Assembly: GCA_964188305.1 (NCBI GenBank)
Contig: OZ076893.1
Length of the DNA: 64,000 nucleotides
Source: Podarcis bocagei
Taxonomy: Eukaryota
Direction: 5' to 3' (one strand)
The notes below the pieces were generated by a model, which saw only the letters and a list, made by a program, of their open reading frames with translations, ran no database searches and was not told where the DNA came from. Positions 20,101 to 34,264 of this stretch are shown piece by piece (the first letter of the stretch is position 1; each line of letters begins with the position of its first letter). Made by a program: the position numbers and the translations under genes.

Positions 20101-23100
20101 TGAGTCCAAGAGTTTTCTGTACAATCATCTTCTTTCTGTTGCCTTCATTTTTAGAAGACGGCCTGGCCCAGCAGCTCACAGTCCAGAATGTTACATATTC
20201 CATTCCAACACAGCTTCTAATTTACTCTTGGGAATCTCACAAACCGTTACAATACCTGGACCTCCCATGGAGGTCCAGAGAAAAAAGTTTGCAGAAACAT
20301 CTTCATGCATGACCCCCAAGCATGCCTCCGGTAATGGGTCTTGACTGTGATCCAGTCTCCTCTGGGCCTAGGGGAAGTATCCACTTCCCCCAGGCTTCGG
20401 CCCCAGGGCCAGCTCAACCGTGCAACAACCCAGGTGGCTCCCTTAGGAGTGCCATTTTTTCTGAGGACCCATAAAGCAGCATGCAGTCATAGAGCTGTGA
20501 CTGAGGTGCCCTCAGATTCTTTGCAAAAGGCCCACAGACTCTCACCTCTCTAATCGCATGTATCTGCCTGTGATTCCTCAGCATCTTCTGCAGTCCTCCA
20601 AGTGGTCCTGGGTTTTGCCTCTCAGAGGTGATTGCCAACATTAGGGACAGGAAAATGTCTTGGGCCTGCCCCACACTTACCAGAGGCACCAGCTTGCAAA
20701 GGCCAACGTCGCCCCGACATTGGGAGGAGCCTGGGGCAGAGCCGAATGCAGCAGCTGTGTAGCTTCAATGGCGGGTGGCTCCTTCTTCGCCTCCTCCTGG
20801 GGCCACCACCAGTGAGGCTGATTCAACTCTCCTTTCCCTCGAGGGCAGAAGGAGAAGGAAAAGGAGTCATGCTTGGCTCCATGTTTCGCCTCCATGTTTT
20901 TTGGATTGGGGGCAGCACCTACCCCAAAAAGTGGGTGGCAAAAAGGGGCTCGGCCCCCAGGAGCTGGTGCCCCTGAGACCTACCATTACCAGATGCCAAC
21001 CCTTCCCATTTCAGCTTCCATTGCTTACCCTCCAGTCTGGTTGCAGCCTATTCTGCGTTTCCTCACTTGGATAACCTTCTACAGTGGTACCTCGGGTTAC
21101 GTACGCTTCAGGTTACATATGCTTCAGGTTACAGACTCCGCTAATCCAGAAATAGTACCTTGGGTTAAGAACTTTGCTTCAGGATGAGAACAGGAATCGT
21201 GCTCTGGCAGCACAGTGGCCGCAGGAGGCCCCATTAGGTAAAGTGGTGCTTCAGGTTAAGAACAGTTTCAGGTTGAGAACAGACCTCCGGAACGAATTAA
21301 GTACTTAACCCGAGGTACATGCTTTATTTTCTTGCAGCCAGCAGACTCCATGGATTTCCGGCTCCTTTCCCTGACCTTCCCTTATCTCATCCACCTGAGC
21401 AGCTTTCAACAGCATAAACATATTCTTTTGTGTGGGCATGCAAAGAGGAGCCTGAATCGATGCCACCCACCCACACTCGACTCCCTGAGATATGAGAAAG
21501 ATCTGAAATACAGCCTTGGGTGACATAAATTTTAGATACGGGAGTGGCTCCAATTCATCAGGCCCATCGGCAACAGATGCTGCTATGAGTTGAAGTTTTG
21601 CCCAAGTATGAAGCTCCATGTATTTTTGCATTGAAAGGAAGCCCTGTTTCATAGGGTAGAACCTCTGCTCATGATCATAGCTGTCAACGTTTCCCTTTTT
21701 TAAAGGGAAATTCCCTTATTCCGAATGGATTCCTCGCAGGAAAAGGTAAAAGTTGACAGCTATTCTCATGATGGTGGTGGCAGACTCTTTTTTGTCGTTT
21801 TGAAAATTGACATTTTACTAGCAGAGGAAACACATTCAAGATTTTTGTAGTATGTTTTTTGGAAGGGAAGTAGGATACACACACAGAAAATGAGGCCTTT
21901 CATTTTCATGATGAAATTCTGGATAGATTGCCACCTGCCAAGTATATTATACGTCGCTGTTAAATTATTTTTCATCTCTCCAGTAATGGCTGATTAGCTT
22001 TGCAGAAACAAGAACTGTACGTGTAGCACAGTTTCATTCAGCATTTATAATCTCTTTCCAACCCCCTCCTCACATTTGCCATCTTTTGCTTTAACGGGGA
22101 ATTCAAAAAAACAAAACAAAAACAAGACACACTGTAAGCTATTTGTGCAAACGAATAATTATGATTGTCACAGATTTCCAAGTCTAATTAGATATAATAA
22201 TGTGGAGCTGGGGAGCTTTGTTTACATGTTGCAAAACATGGAAATGTGTGCTCTTTGCCGGGAATTTCTTAACTCATCAATAATAGTTTTGCATGTACCT
22301 TTTTTTAAAAAAAAATCAGAATTTATTTTTACAGCTTAATTAGCTGTAAATAAATAAAGATGCTATAAATACCAAGCTCGTAGCAAAATTAGAGGCACAT
22401 TAAAGATAACGCACTTTGGGGACTTGCAGATCAGTTAGCAAGTCGCTGGAAATTGCAGAGGGAACTGGCAGCTGCTTTGAGTCAGCATAGCAACCCAAAA
22501 TGCTGTAGGTACAGCAATGTGTGCACTGATCATTTAAAGGCTCACTTTACCTTATTTACATTTTCAGCCCCTTTGGGATTTAAATAGCCCTGCTCTGATT
22601 CAGGAAGAAGAAGGAAAACATGCTGTACTAAACAGCTTGCTTGGCCTCTCCTGGCAGTAGAGGAATTTTGCTAGGTTTTCTTGAATGTAAATGAATGACG
22701 ACTTGTTTACTCATTATGTTTCTTACTTTATGCCCTGGTGATTTTTCTCCTCCGCTTAAGTTTTGGAGACTTAATATCATTTGTTGTCGTTCAACATGGC
22801 AAAGGATAGACAACAAATTTCTGGAGCTCAATTTCCCCTGCTTCCTTATCCTCTGGGCCCAATATTTATCACGATCGTCTCGGCAGAGAGGAGCACTGGA
22901 AAACCACTCTAGTCCTTTCCTTGAAGGACACTGAGTTCAGGGTTTTCCCAGCTCACATGTGCGCTAAGAAATTTGAGGCATATCCTATGAACTTTGGGAA
23001 ATCACACACTTGTCCAAGGTTTTGCTAGAAATTTTAGACAAGCTCACCTGTTAGGCTTTGGATTTCAAAGCCCTGGTGGCTAACTCACCTCACAGAGAAG

Positions 23101-24326
23101 TTCATATCGTAGCTCAGTAATAGAGCACATATGTTGTGGCTCAGCTGCAATCCCTGGCACCTCTTGCTAATTTTTTTATTCCATTCATTTACAAATTTAT
23201 TATCTACACCAGAGTTTCCCAAACTGGGATCTCCAGCTGTTTTTGGACTACAGCTCCCATCATCCCTCACTAGCAAAACCAGTGGTCAGGGATGATGGGA
23301 TTTGTAGTTCAAAAACAGGTGGAGACCCATGTTTGGGAAACACTGATCTATACTTTTATATATATAAAAGAAGCAAGCAGAGTACAAGATATAAGGATAA
23401 AATCAACAAAGTAAACCCCCGAAAGCATCATAAAACATTATGTTAAACCAATCAGGCTGCAGTTGGATGTGGGTGGCTAGTGGTGGGGCAGAAATTTGAT
23501 TCAGTTCACATTTAAAGAGGGACCTGGCAAATTTGCATTTTCTGAATCAATATGCATACCGGAATACAGGCACCCTTCAAAATTTGCACTTCTCCAAATT
23601 TTGCGGTGCAAATTACGTTGAGAAAAAATGCATATATTTTGGGGAAATGAGCATTAAAAACAAACGTAGTGAAAATAACATACGTACACAAATGTATGAG
23701 GAAATGACTTGCAAAAAATATGTACCTTACTCAGAAAAGCATGCAAAAATGTGCTTTGCACCAAGATGCTGACCAGTTTTTAATCACACGCACACCCAAA
23801 TGGCGGCAGAAGTGCGGAGAACTGAATTTCAAATGGTGAAACCGAGAAAACAAGAGAATTGAGATCGCAGACCCCATGATTGGTGAGGCCGGAGCTTGTT
23901 GCACATCTGTGACATCACACGTGTTACACATGTTGTGTGATGTCACACACATCTTCCAGTGCCATGCAGGCCAGACCGGTGTGGTCTAGTGGAAGTCTGC
24001 AACAGTCTGTGTGGTGTCTGGAGTTGCTGTGCAGGTTGTGTGCACAGGAGGACACAGCCTTCTGTTGATGCTGTGCTGAGCCTGGCTTGGTGGTTGGGCC
24101 TCCTCTGCCCTCTCAATATTCAGAGTGCTGAGACTCCTGCTAAGGAATATTGACTCCGCCCCCTGGAGTTGCCACACTTGACTGAGATGGACAGATCAGT
24201 CCATTCCTAATCAGAAGTAGATCATGCTATGGGCAGGCTATCCAAAAGACCATGTATGAGGCTGCAAGGAGCGGCAGGTTTCTAAACATTCATATGCCCA
24301 GAACTTTGCTCAGCAACTAAATGATG

Positions 24327-24565
24327 TACAGTGGATGCTTGGGTTGCGAACGTGATCCGTGTGGGATGCACGTTTGCAACCTGTGCCTGCACATCTGCAC
24401 ATGTGCAGGTAGCGATTCAGCGCTTCTGCACATGCACAAAGCACGATTTAGCACTTCTGTGCATGCGCGACCACCCAAACCTGGAAGTAACCCGTTCTGG
24501 TACTTCCGGGTTTCGGCAGTCTGCAACCCGAAAAAACGCAGCCTGTAACCCGAGGTATGACTGTA
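24327..24565. mobile_element. Tc1/mariner-type MITE
   Basis: Imperfect TIRs TACAGTGGATGCTTGGGTT/AACCCGAGGTATGACTGTA. Confidence 0.7.
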
Positions 24566-25443
24566 AACTGAATTGTAAGTTGAGTAGACTGCTGGCAGAT
24601 TCTCACCTTGTATTTGTTGAATGACTGCGCACACGTGCACAGCTACATCCATTTTTCCATGCTGGGGACACCTGCTTTTTGCACTCCTGGTGCTGCACAG
24701 TGTGTCTAGCAACAGGGAAAACCTGGTTTGTTGTTGGGCTAAGAAACAATGCTGCTTAATCAGGTGTGCAGTGCTGGCTTATTACTTTTGCCAGCAGCTT
24801 GGCTTTTCCTCGAATTGCATAGTTTTGTAAGAATTCAAATGCCATTGCAATACTGCTGAAGAAGCTTTCTGAGATGTGTGCCTGACCATAACACCGTGTC
24901 TCCAGGGGACTCAGTGAATGGCAGCAAACAAGAGGCACTTTTCTCTCCTTCTCGGGAGAAAAATAATCAACTGACTGCCGAATGTGTCCTCGCTTGGAAA
25001 CGTAACAGAAACCTACTCCGATAACAGGGGAAACTGCATATAATAAAAAGTCTCAGTGACAGTACAGTTACAGCTTTTATTTCACATCAGTCCTCTAAAG
25101 TAATCGAGCACAGCAAAATTGTTTGAATGACAGCAGTATTTAGGTGGGGCTGACTGATTTGGGGCCCTTGCACAGTGTTTAATTAGGGTTTAAACCCCTA
25201 ATTAAACATGCAATCGGGAGGGAGGTAAGAGGAGACACACACCCCTCTCCTTGCCACCAGACAGCCCCCCCCCAATTTTGATGGCCCCATATTGCTTCAG
25301 GTGGGTACAGTCTGACTTGGGCCAATCCAGATCTGCCTCAATGCACTCTGGTTGAGTAAATTGATCTGATTCCTACAGCATCGCTGCCATTTTTCATTTA
25401 AATTAAAAGTCTACCCCCACAAAAGAGGCATGGTATTGTGTAA

Positions 25444-26250
25444 GTGACTGGGAGTGGTCGCCGAGACCATATAACACCAGTCCTAAGAGATCTGCATTGG
25501 CTCCCAGTACGTTTCCGAGCACAATTCAAAGTGTTGGTGCTGACCTTTAAAGCCTTAAACGGCCTCAGCCCAGTATACCTGAAGGAGCATCTCCACCTCC
25601 ATCGTTCTGCCTGGACACTGAGGTCCAGCGCCGAGTGCCTTCTGGCAGTTCCCTCATTGCAAGAAGCGAAGTTATAGGGGACCAGGCAGAGGGTCTTCTC
25701 GGTAGTGGTGCCCGCCCTGTGGAATGCCCTCACATCAGATGTCAAAGAAATAAACAACTATATGATATTTAGAAGACATCTGAAGGCAGCCCTGTTTAAA
25801 GGTAAAGGTACCCCTGCCCGTACGGGCCAGTCTTGACAGACTCTAGGGTTGTGCGCTCATCCAACTCTAGAGGCCGGGAGCCAGCGCTGTCCACAGACAC
25901 TTCTGGGTCATGTGGCCAGCGTGACGAAGCTGCTCCGGCGAACTGGCACCAGAGCAGCACACGGAACGCCGTTTACCTTCCCGCTATAAAGCGGTACCTA
26001 TTTATCTACTTGCACTTAAGGGTGCTTTCGAACTGCTAGGTGGGCAGGAGCTGGGACCGAACGACGGGAGCTCACCCCGCCGTGGGGATTCGAACCGCCA
26101 ACCATGCGATCGGCAAGTCCTAGGCGCTGAGGTTTTACCCACAGCGCCACCCGCGTCCCTGTTTAGGGAAGTTTTTAATGACTGATGTTTTAATGTATTT
26201 TTAACCTTCTGTTGGTAGCTGCCCAGAGAAATAATAAATTATTATTATCA
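25444..26250 (+). mobile_element. L2-clade LINE 3' fragment (interrupted by a SINE)
   Basis: Encodes RDHITPVLRDLHWLPVRFRAQFKVLVLTFKALNG, typical of the L2 ORF2 C-terminus; (ATT)n tail. Confidence 0.85.
25797..26159 (-). mobile_element. Sauria-type SINE nested in an L2 tail
   Basis: Reverse-complement head and ACCTTT tail; flanked by CCCTGTTTA duplication. Confidence 0.9.
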
Positions 26251-27115
26251 TAGTAAGTAGTTCTGCACACACTGAGGGATTTTTTTTTTAATTACCTGTG
26301 CAATTTTGTAGATGCCACACTGGATTTGATATCTTCTTTTTAAATAATTATTCATCACCCAAAGTGTTTTAACTGAAAATACTTCCAGCACATCAGTATG
26401 CGCTCGTATGAATTATTGCTAAGTCGCAGAAGTACCAGTGGCAAATTACCCACAGCTGACATTTGTGTGCCAGTGTGTGGTTATAGAAGACATTCCCTGG
26501 TGAAATTTAATGACGGCGCACACCATCCAGCTATGGAATCAGCAACAGAAATTCTCCTCGGGTGGACCAAGCCGGGTAGATGTGCCCTTGCTCAAGTTTT
26601 ACGGCATTACGGCAATCATAAACTCCAAACAATTTTTTCTTCTTTGCAGTTCCATACAGCAACAGGCTCAAGGCAAAAGAAATCTGGCATGTAGAGCATC
26701 TTTAACTACTAATGGAAACTCTGAGCAACATGGAACTCACACAAATTATCCCATTTGGATGCCAGAAACTCAGCAATGAAAGCCGCATTTAAATGGCTGA
26801 GACTGCCATTCCAAATGCATTTGCTCACACGTAGCAGTCCCTGGTGCCAGGCGGGTGAAAGCTGATTGCCTGGTGGGGCAGAGCTGCTATGCCAGCTTCC
26901 CAGCAGGTGGGGTGCTGTTGTATACCAGGAAGGGGAGGGGCGAAGGGGAGGCGGAGCTCAGAGCTCAGACAGAACCAACTTGGTTCTCCTGCCAATACAT
27001 TTGCAGCCTACCAGCCTTTCCACCACGTTGACTTTCCCTGGCTCCCTAAAGTAGCAATCTTTAATGTGAGAAATGGATATTACAAACACATTTGCCCTCA
27101 TGTATGATAACATGA

Positions 27116-27431
27116 GGGACGCGGGTGGCGCTGTGGCTTAAACCACAGAGCCTAGGACTTGCCAATCAGAAGATTGGTGGTTCGAATCCCTGCGTCGGGG
27201 TGAGCTCCCGTTGCTCGGTCCCTGCTACTGCCAACCTAGCATTTCGAAAGCACGTCAAAGTGCAAGTAGATAAATAGATACCGCTCCGGCGGGAAGGTAA
27301 ACGGTGTTTTCGTGTGCTGTACGCTGGCTCCCTCAGCCAGTAAAGCGAGATGAGTGCTGCAACCCCAGAGTCGGCTGTGACTGGACCTAATGGTCAGGGG
27401 TCCCTTTACCTTTACCTTTACCTTTACCTTT
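27116..27431 (+). mobile_element. Sauria-type SINE (internally deleted)
   Basis: Same head, (ACCTTT)n tail, TSD TATGATAACATG. Confidence 0.9.
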
Positions 27432-28090
27432 ATGATAACATGGGAGAGCATGAGACTCAACCCACTGGAAGTAATAGACTGGCATTAACTATGTTCATTA
27501 TTTTTGATGGGTCCACTCGGAGTAGGAATAAAATGTCTACAACCCAATGAGAGTGGAGATCACTTTTTTTAAAAAAAAATCTCCAACATGCAAGGCGGTG
27601 ACCATTGCCTATAATCCGTAAGAGGTGGATATGTACCGGTGGAAACATGGTGAGGTTAAAAGCATGTTGATCTACAGGTGAGATATAACAAAGAGAGACA
27701 GACTGCCAGGCACTGTTGAAGGCAGATGATAAGATGTACAGCACAATTATTAAGATAGGAGTGGTGGCATGAAAAAATCTTACAGAACTGAGTGCATAAA
27801 TATGGAGCAATCTCAAGTTGTCATGCTGTCTGTTGTTTAGCCAGCTGCCAACAAATCCAAACTTAGTCTCTTGCTCTGGCTCACACTGCAGTCAACTGAT
27901 TTTTTCACACAGTGTTTATCAGTGTATGGCAGTATATTGTTATTTACACCTTGCCCTTGTCCCCTGACTATTTTCTGACTTTTATTTAGCTTTCTTAGTC
28001 CCTATGAAAACACATCAGCAAAACAGCAAGGACTATCAACACTCTTGTCAAGTCTTAAGACACTGGCCAGATATTCCGATATCATTCAGA

Positions 28091-28512
28091 CAGCGGCGTA
28101 GCGTGGGTTGTCAGCACCCGGGGCAAGGCAAATAATTTGCGCCCCCTAACCCAGGGCAAGGCAAGTAATTTGCGCCCCCTAACCCCTAACCTGCCACCGC
28201 TGCCAGCTTCTTCTTGCTGCTGCCTGGTCTGGTCTGGTGTGGTTCTCTCCCGCGCTCAGCGCTGCGCTTGGTGGCCGCTGCACTGTCCCTCCCCCAGATA
28301 GTCCCTTGCTCTCTCTCCGCACCACACGCCTGGCACCCACCCCCTCCACAGTGGGCGGCGACCCGGCGGCTCGGATCGGATTCGCACAGCCAGCACTGAG
28401 AGAGTGAGTGAGTGAGCCAGGTAGGGGCAGAGAGCTGCGAGTGCGAGCGCCCCCCCCCGATGTTGCGCCCAGTGCGGCCGGCCCCCCCTGCACCCCCCAA
28501 GCTACGCCACTG
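28091..28512. mobile_element. hAT-type MITE, GC-rich
   Basis: TIR CAGCGGCGTAGC/GCTACGCCACTG; perfect 8-bp TSD CATTCAGA. Confidence 0.85.
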
Positions 28513-29233
28513 CATTCAGATGCTGATGGACTCCAACTCCCATCATCCCTGACCACTGGCCCTACTGACTAGGCTGGTGGGAGTTTTAGTCCAAGAGCAT
28601 CTGCAGGGCTACCCTGTCATTAGGGAAGCCTACACTGATAGTTCTACTCACAGAAATCTGATAGGAAATCCATAACAGCTTCATATATATATATATATAA
28701 ATGTGCATTTTCTCTCTCTATTGAAATTCATATTAGGATACATTTGGATTACAGAGAACTTCGTCACAACATTTGGAGAAATGGAAAATCCCATACAGTA
28801 GTTCTGATCTGCAAGTTTTTTGTTTCAATTTATTCTTATTTTATTTAATCATATTCTTCACATTATTCATGATATTATGTCCTGATCTTGCCAATATCAA
28901 ATTCCTTCAGCATTTCTACATTTTCTGTCCTGGCCCAGCTGTTTACCCCACCAGTAAGTCAAAGGAATTATGCTGGGTCCCAAGGGCATGATGGGAGCAG
29001 CAGGGATTGGAAAGGGTTATGTTGTGATGGGGGGGGTGTGTGTGATCAGCTGCAGGGGGAAATCTATAGTTTTTACTATTTGCAAAATGGATGATTCAAA
29101 CCAATGTTTTGTAAGGCAATGGTGTGAATGTGAAGTTGTTTTTTTTACTGTATGTTGAATGTTAGGATGCTGAAGAAAAGAACTGTACAGAGAAACTCTA
29201 TACAGACCCAAGATTCACACAGAGATTATTATA

Positions 29234-29455
29234 CAGGGCCTTCTCAGTAGTGGCTCCCACCCTGTGGAATGCCCTCCCATCAGATGTCAAGGAGATAAGT
29301 AACTATACAATCTTTAGAAGACATCTGAAGGCAGCCCTGTGCAGAGAAGTTTTTAATGTTTAATGTTTTATTGTGTTTTTGTATAGGCTGGAAGCCGCCC
29401 AGTGTGGCTGGGGCCAAGCAGTCAGGTGGGTTGGGTACAATTATTATTATTATTA
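29234..29455 (+). mobile_element. L2-clade LINE 3' tail (shorter tails also at ~283-403 and ~42130-42303)
   Basis: Shared AGAAGACATCTGAAGGCAGCCCTGT...GCCCAG.GTGGCTGGGG core and (TTA)n tail. Confidence 0.8.
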
Positions 29456-31876
29456 GGCAACCCCCCAATTATATGGTAGTTGATAGTAGCATTGTACCAA
29501 GTGGCTTCCATTACTGAGCTATGTGGTCCTCTCTCTTTCCTTTTTTGTTGTTTCCATGTTGCAAACAGCTTGAAAAGATTCTGCTGTGGAATTGTTGAGT
29601 CATTGGAAACAATTGTTGTGACTGGCAGTCTCATCTGATAGCTTCCTTGAAGTTGGCTTCGGGTCAAGCAAAAGCACGCCGGCCGCAAAACCACATGTGC
29701 CTGATGCCGTATGAAGGGACTCAACGAGTCTTCCCAGTTCTAACTAGGTGCAATCATTTTATTGCTTCATAAACTCACTACTCGGTGTTTAGCAAAGAGA
29801 GCACCAACTCTGTAATTACTTTGGTTCGTGTCGAGTCTATTCGATGGCATCCTGTTTTTCCGTTTCTGTGGTTGGTTACAAGCCATGGCGTAAAGGTAAA
29901 GCGTTTTTGCTCTTCGTCTCGGTGCTGCTTTAACCTGCTCTTTGTGAAGTTGTATAGAAGCGTCTAAGACAATCTTGCTTTACAGGATCTGTGTAGAACT
30001 GAACTTTAAAAGAGGCTGCCACTCCTGAGCTTTTTATTTGTGTTTCCTTGGCTTTATTTATGGATTCCGATATTCTGCTAACTTATCTTGCATTTCACTC
30101 ATAGTGGAAAAAAATGTTGACAAGAAGCACGTGCATCAGGGAAGGGGTGAGGGAGTTGAGTGACACAGGTGAGATAGCCGTGAGAGAAAGATGGGTGACA
30201 GAGTCGGAGAGATGTGAAAAAGCACCGTGTGTGAGAGAGGGAAGCTGGCAAGGGAAGATGGGAGAGGTGGTGAAGTGACAGACAAGCACACCAAACAGAA
30301 AGAGATTAGTTACAGACAGATGTGACAGACAGACGTGCCCACAGATAGAGACTAGTGACGCCACTGCAATTACCTGGTTTTGATTGCAAAATTGTACAGC
30401 CTTTTTAACACTGTGCTATGCTTTGCTCCAAAAATGATCACCATATACCCTGAAAATTATTCTCTGTTCTGGATTTTAAACGGGGATGGTGGAACTTGTC
30501 ACCCTCCCTTCCTGGTGCTGCAGTGCCAAGCTCCCAGACCATGGGAAACAAAATTTTCCTAGGGCACCTGAGCTCTGGAAATGATATGCCCGGGGGGGGG
30601 GGGTTGCACTTGGAATTCCTACTTGGCAGCAACTGGGGAATGAAAAATGGACCTGATTTATGATCAGGGTCACTTTCCTATGTGTTTATTCCGAATGAAT
30701 GAACCTCTTTAATGATCTCTTCCTCATCTGGGATTATCTCCTCCTTATTTTCATACTTAGCTTGCTCTGGCAATTTACTATTGCACTTACTATTGCCGTC
30801 ATGCCCATTTCACAGATGGGGAAAACGGAGGCTCAGTTGCCACCTTATCCAAGACAATTTAAGAAGCCCGTAGCTTGGATGGGGTTGAAGTGCAGTATTC
30901 TGTCCCCTGGATCTGAGTACCGTCCACTTGAAGCAGACGATCACGTTTCTCTTAAAGGTCTGACACCCAGTATTAGAGGCTCACAACAAAGTGAGAGATC
31001 TGCACCTGCATTTTTCTGCATTAATCTGTAGGTTAAAAAACCATATGAAAATTCATATTTAAATCCATATTTATATAGCCACAAATATTTCAATGCATTT
31101 CTAATTATTTTTTTATCCTGAAATATACACATGTATGCATACTGGTATGTTTTGGGGCCTAGAACGATAGAATCACCACATCCAGAGACATTTGCAGTCC
31201 AAAGGGAACCAGTGTGGTATTGTGTGCTAGAAAAATATGGGAGAGAAAGAAAGACTGGGCATATATTGGGTCTGTTGCTGGCAGATGGGAGAGGAGATGG
31301 GATGTGTGCATTAGCATTTACCTGCCATATAATTGGCGACAGGCCTCTAGGGCTTATAATGTTGTGTTAATGATTGTAATGATAAACTATTAACATGATG
31401 CTTGAAAGTGTTCCCAAAGAATACCTGCATCCTGTATCAGACCCTCCAAGTGTCCCTATTTTCCAGGGATGTCCCTGGTTTAGGTAAGCCATTCCACTTT
31501 CTGATTTGATCCTGTAATGTCCCACTTTTCATTGGAGAAATGTTGGAGGGTATGGAGTTATTCGACCCCAGAGCTATCTGAACACAATCCTGTATAGGGA
31601 ATTTTTTTTTAAATTAATGTTTAATGTTTTATTATGTTTTTATACATGTTAGGAGCTGCGCACAGTGGCTGGGGCAACCCAGTAAGATGTGTGGGGTATA
31701 AATAGCAAAAATATCATTATGGAATGGGACGTTCATCGGACAAATGTTGGAGGGTACTGTATGCTGTGTTACAAGGGTACAAGGGCCTCATTCTTATGAG
31801 GCCAAATCTCTGAGGACCAAGTGAGCAGGTCCAAATTATATTCATGAAGTTGGTGCTTTTTTGAACAGCAGCAGTG

Positions 31877-31939
<63 letters not shown>
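31877..31939. repeat. (CA)n(GA)n microsatellite; others at 6188-6220 (GT), 35512-35553 (CAT), 36982-37014 (GAT), 40626-40709 and 40900-40982 (CT/CA), 45023-45068 (GA)
   Basis: Read directly from the sequence. Confidence 0.95.
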
Positions 31940-31945
<6 letters not shown>

Positions 31946-31970
31946 TGAAGGTATCTGCAAATGCCTAGTT

Positions 31971-32227
31971 TACAGTGGTGCCCCACAAGCTGAATGCCTT
32001 GCAAGAAGAAAAAATTCGCTAGACGAAAGGTTTTTCGGTTTTGCGTTGCTTCGCTAGACGAATTTCCCTATGGGCTTGCTTCGCAAGACGAAAACGTATT
32101 GCGCTTTCTTCTTAAAGCCGCTTGAAGAGGCGCAGTTGCGACAGACCGTGCTTCGCAAGACGAAAAACATCGCAAGACAAAAAGACTCGCAGAACGAATT
32201 ATTTTCGTCTTGCGAGGCACCACTGTA
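31971..32227. mobile_element. Tc1/mariner-type MITE
   Basis: TIR TACAGTGGTGCC/GGCACCACTGTA; internal CGCAAGACGAA repeats. Confidence 0.8.
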
Positions 32228-33177
32228 CATTCAAACTTTTGTTGTCATGCAACTGCTTTGATTCATTATCTGCAGTAAAAAACCCTGGAATTATAACAGC
32301 ATATTGGACTGCTATAGAGATGGATCCAATTGCAACCTGAATCTCTCTTGTGAGGATCAGCAATATTTGAGCAAGAAGACCGTTCCTGCTAATTTTGCTC
32401 CTCTACTGTTCTATACCACCGGGATAGAGAGCATATTATGCCTGACTTCTTCGGTAGTTCTCTTCTTCGGTAATACTCATTTCTTGCAGTGTAAGACAAG
32501 ATGCTAAATTTATATCATTTGTCTCCAGCTAGTGGGTCATGACCTACAAGGAGGTCACGTCACATCCTGGCCTGAGATGTGCTGCATTAGCAGCGCTATA
32601 ACTGCTTTGAAAGGGAAAAGATGGGGTGTTGTTTTTTAAGGAAAGAAAAGGAAAGAGGAGGGGCATCAGGCAGGCACAGATAGAGACTGAGGACAAAAAG
32701 GAACACACACAAACAAAATAAACCAAAGTGGATTCCATGGTTGCAGAATGGATTAAAGCAAGGTATCCCAGGGCTCAGCTAGACTGATAAAGAAAAAGCG
32801 ATTTATATGCGTTGTATGTGCGATATAACATTGTGCCCCACCGGATGGCGATGTGGAGTCCCGTTTTTCTCTACCTGTTTTCCCTATATAAATTTACAAT
32901 ACTTTAAAATGAAACATTTCTTTGATGTGTCTAGATCCAGGCCAAGATTTCCTCTGAGGGATTTTCCAGTTGGCATGGCTAGTGCTCCTATCAAGTGCCT
33001 GGTCTTGTTACAGAATGGTAAGATGGGAAGGACCACTGATGTGATTGCTTCGAGATGGCTCTCCAGTGCAGAGGAGACTGATGTGGTCCTCTGTGTTCCC
33101 AGGAGCGACTGACAATGAAGCCAGCTAGTGTGCAAGTGGTACAAGGTAATAAATACACTACCCCACGGCAGGGATAG

Positions 33178-33534
33178 TAATGATAATAATAATATAATAA
33201 TAATTTATTATTTATACCCCGCCCATCTGGCTGGGCTTCCCCAGCCAGTCTGGGCAGCTTCCAACTGAATATTAAAAACAATACAGCATCAGACATTAAA
33301 AACTTCCCTAAACAGGGTCGCCATCAGTTGTCTTTTAAAAGTAAAATAGTTGTTTATTGCCTTGACATCTTCTGGGAGGGTGTTCCACAGGGCAGGCGCC
33401 ACTACTGAGAAGGCCCTCTGCCTGGTTCCCTGTAACCTCACTTCTCTCAGCAAGGGAACAGCCAGAAGGTCCTCGGAGCTGGATCTCAGTGTCTGGGCTG
33501 GATGATGGGGGTGGAGACGCTCCTTCAGGTATAC
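33178..33534 (-). mobile_element. L2-clade LINE 3' fragment
   Basis: Encodes RAFSVVAPALWNTLP; (TAA)n tail on the plus strand. Confidence 0.85.
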
Positions 33535-33873
33535 ATAAGTAAGCTTATGTCTTTGCCACTTTTGTAGCTGTCCAGAAGAGCTCTTCAGAGTGGTCAAGGG
33601 TCACAGCCAGGAGTATCAACACCCTCTGAGGCCCACTGTGAAAAAATTGTCTTTGGAGGATAAAGTCACTTTTTTCACTCTTAATTTGTTGTCACAGTTG
33701 GCTCAGTTTCAGCTGAGGCATCCAGAGCTCCATCTGGCCATGTTGTTTGGAGTGAGTCTTAGTTATTGAGGGCTGAGGATGTACAGTAGATGAAGTGCTT
33801 GAATGAGTGTGGACTGCTGCTTGCTTTCTCAACCCTTAGCCGGTTTGAATCTTAAAGCTAGTTGAAAAAGAGA

Positions 33874-34264
33874 TGGAAAGAAGATGAAGTCCCTACCAGA
33901 GAAGAATGAAAGGTTAAGCTGATGGACTGTGCTGAAATGGCAAAGCTGACTGGAAAACTTGGGAACCAAGAAAACAAAAACTTTGAAAAAATAATGGGAA
34001 AATTTATAAGTTATTTAGGAGACCACTGCAAGCAGATGGGAACATTAGCAGGATTTTACACTCACTTGTAATGTAACAAATAGCATGGATAATATAGATT
34101 ATGGAATAATATGCAGTTATAAATGTTGAGAATAAGAACCACGGAGGGAGTGGGGGGAAGTTGTGAGATTCAGAGGAATCTCTATATATGGATATGCATT
34201 TGGTTTGTCATAATTTTGTATTTGTAAAATCAAATAAAAATTATTTTAAAAATAAATAAATAAA
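33874..34264 (+). mobile_element. Degenerate L1-type LINE 3' end
   Basis: WKEDEVPTREE*KVKLMDCAEMAKLT resembles the reptile L1 ORF2 C-terminus; AATAAA and an A-rich tail follow. Confidence 0.6.

Noticed and set aside
20100-21060. Cluster of 70-130 aa ORFs
   Set aside because: No recognisable homology; may be a decayed retroelement but cannot be assigned.
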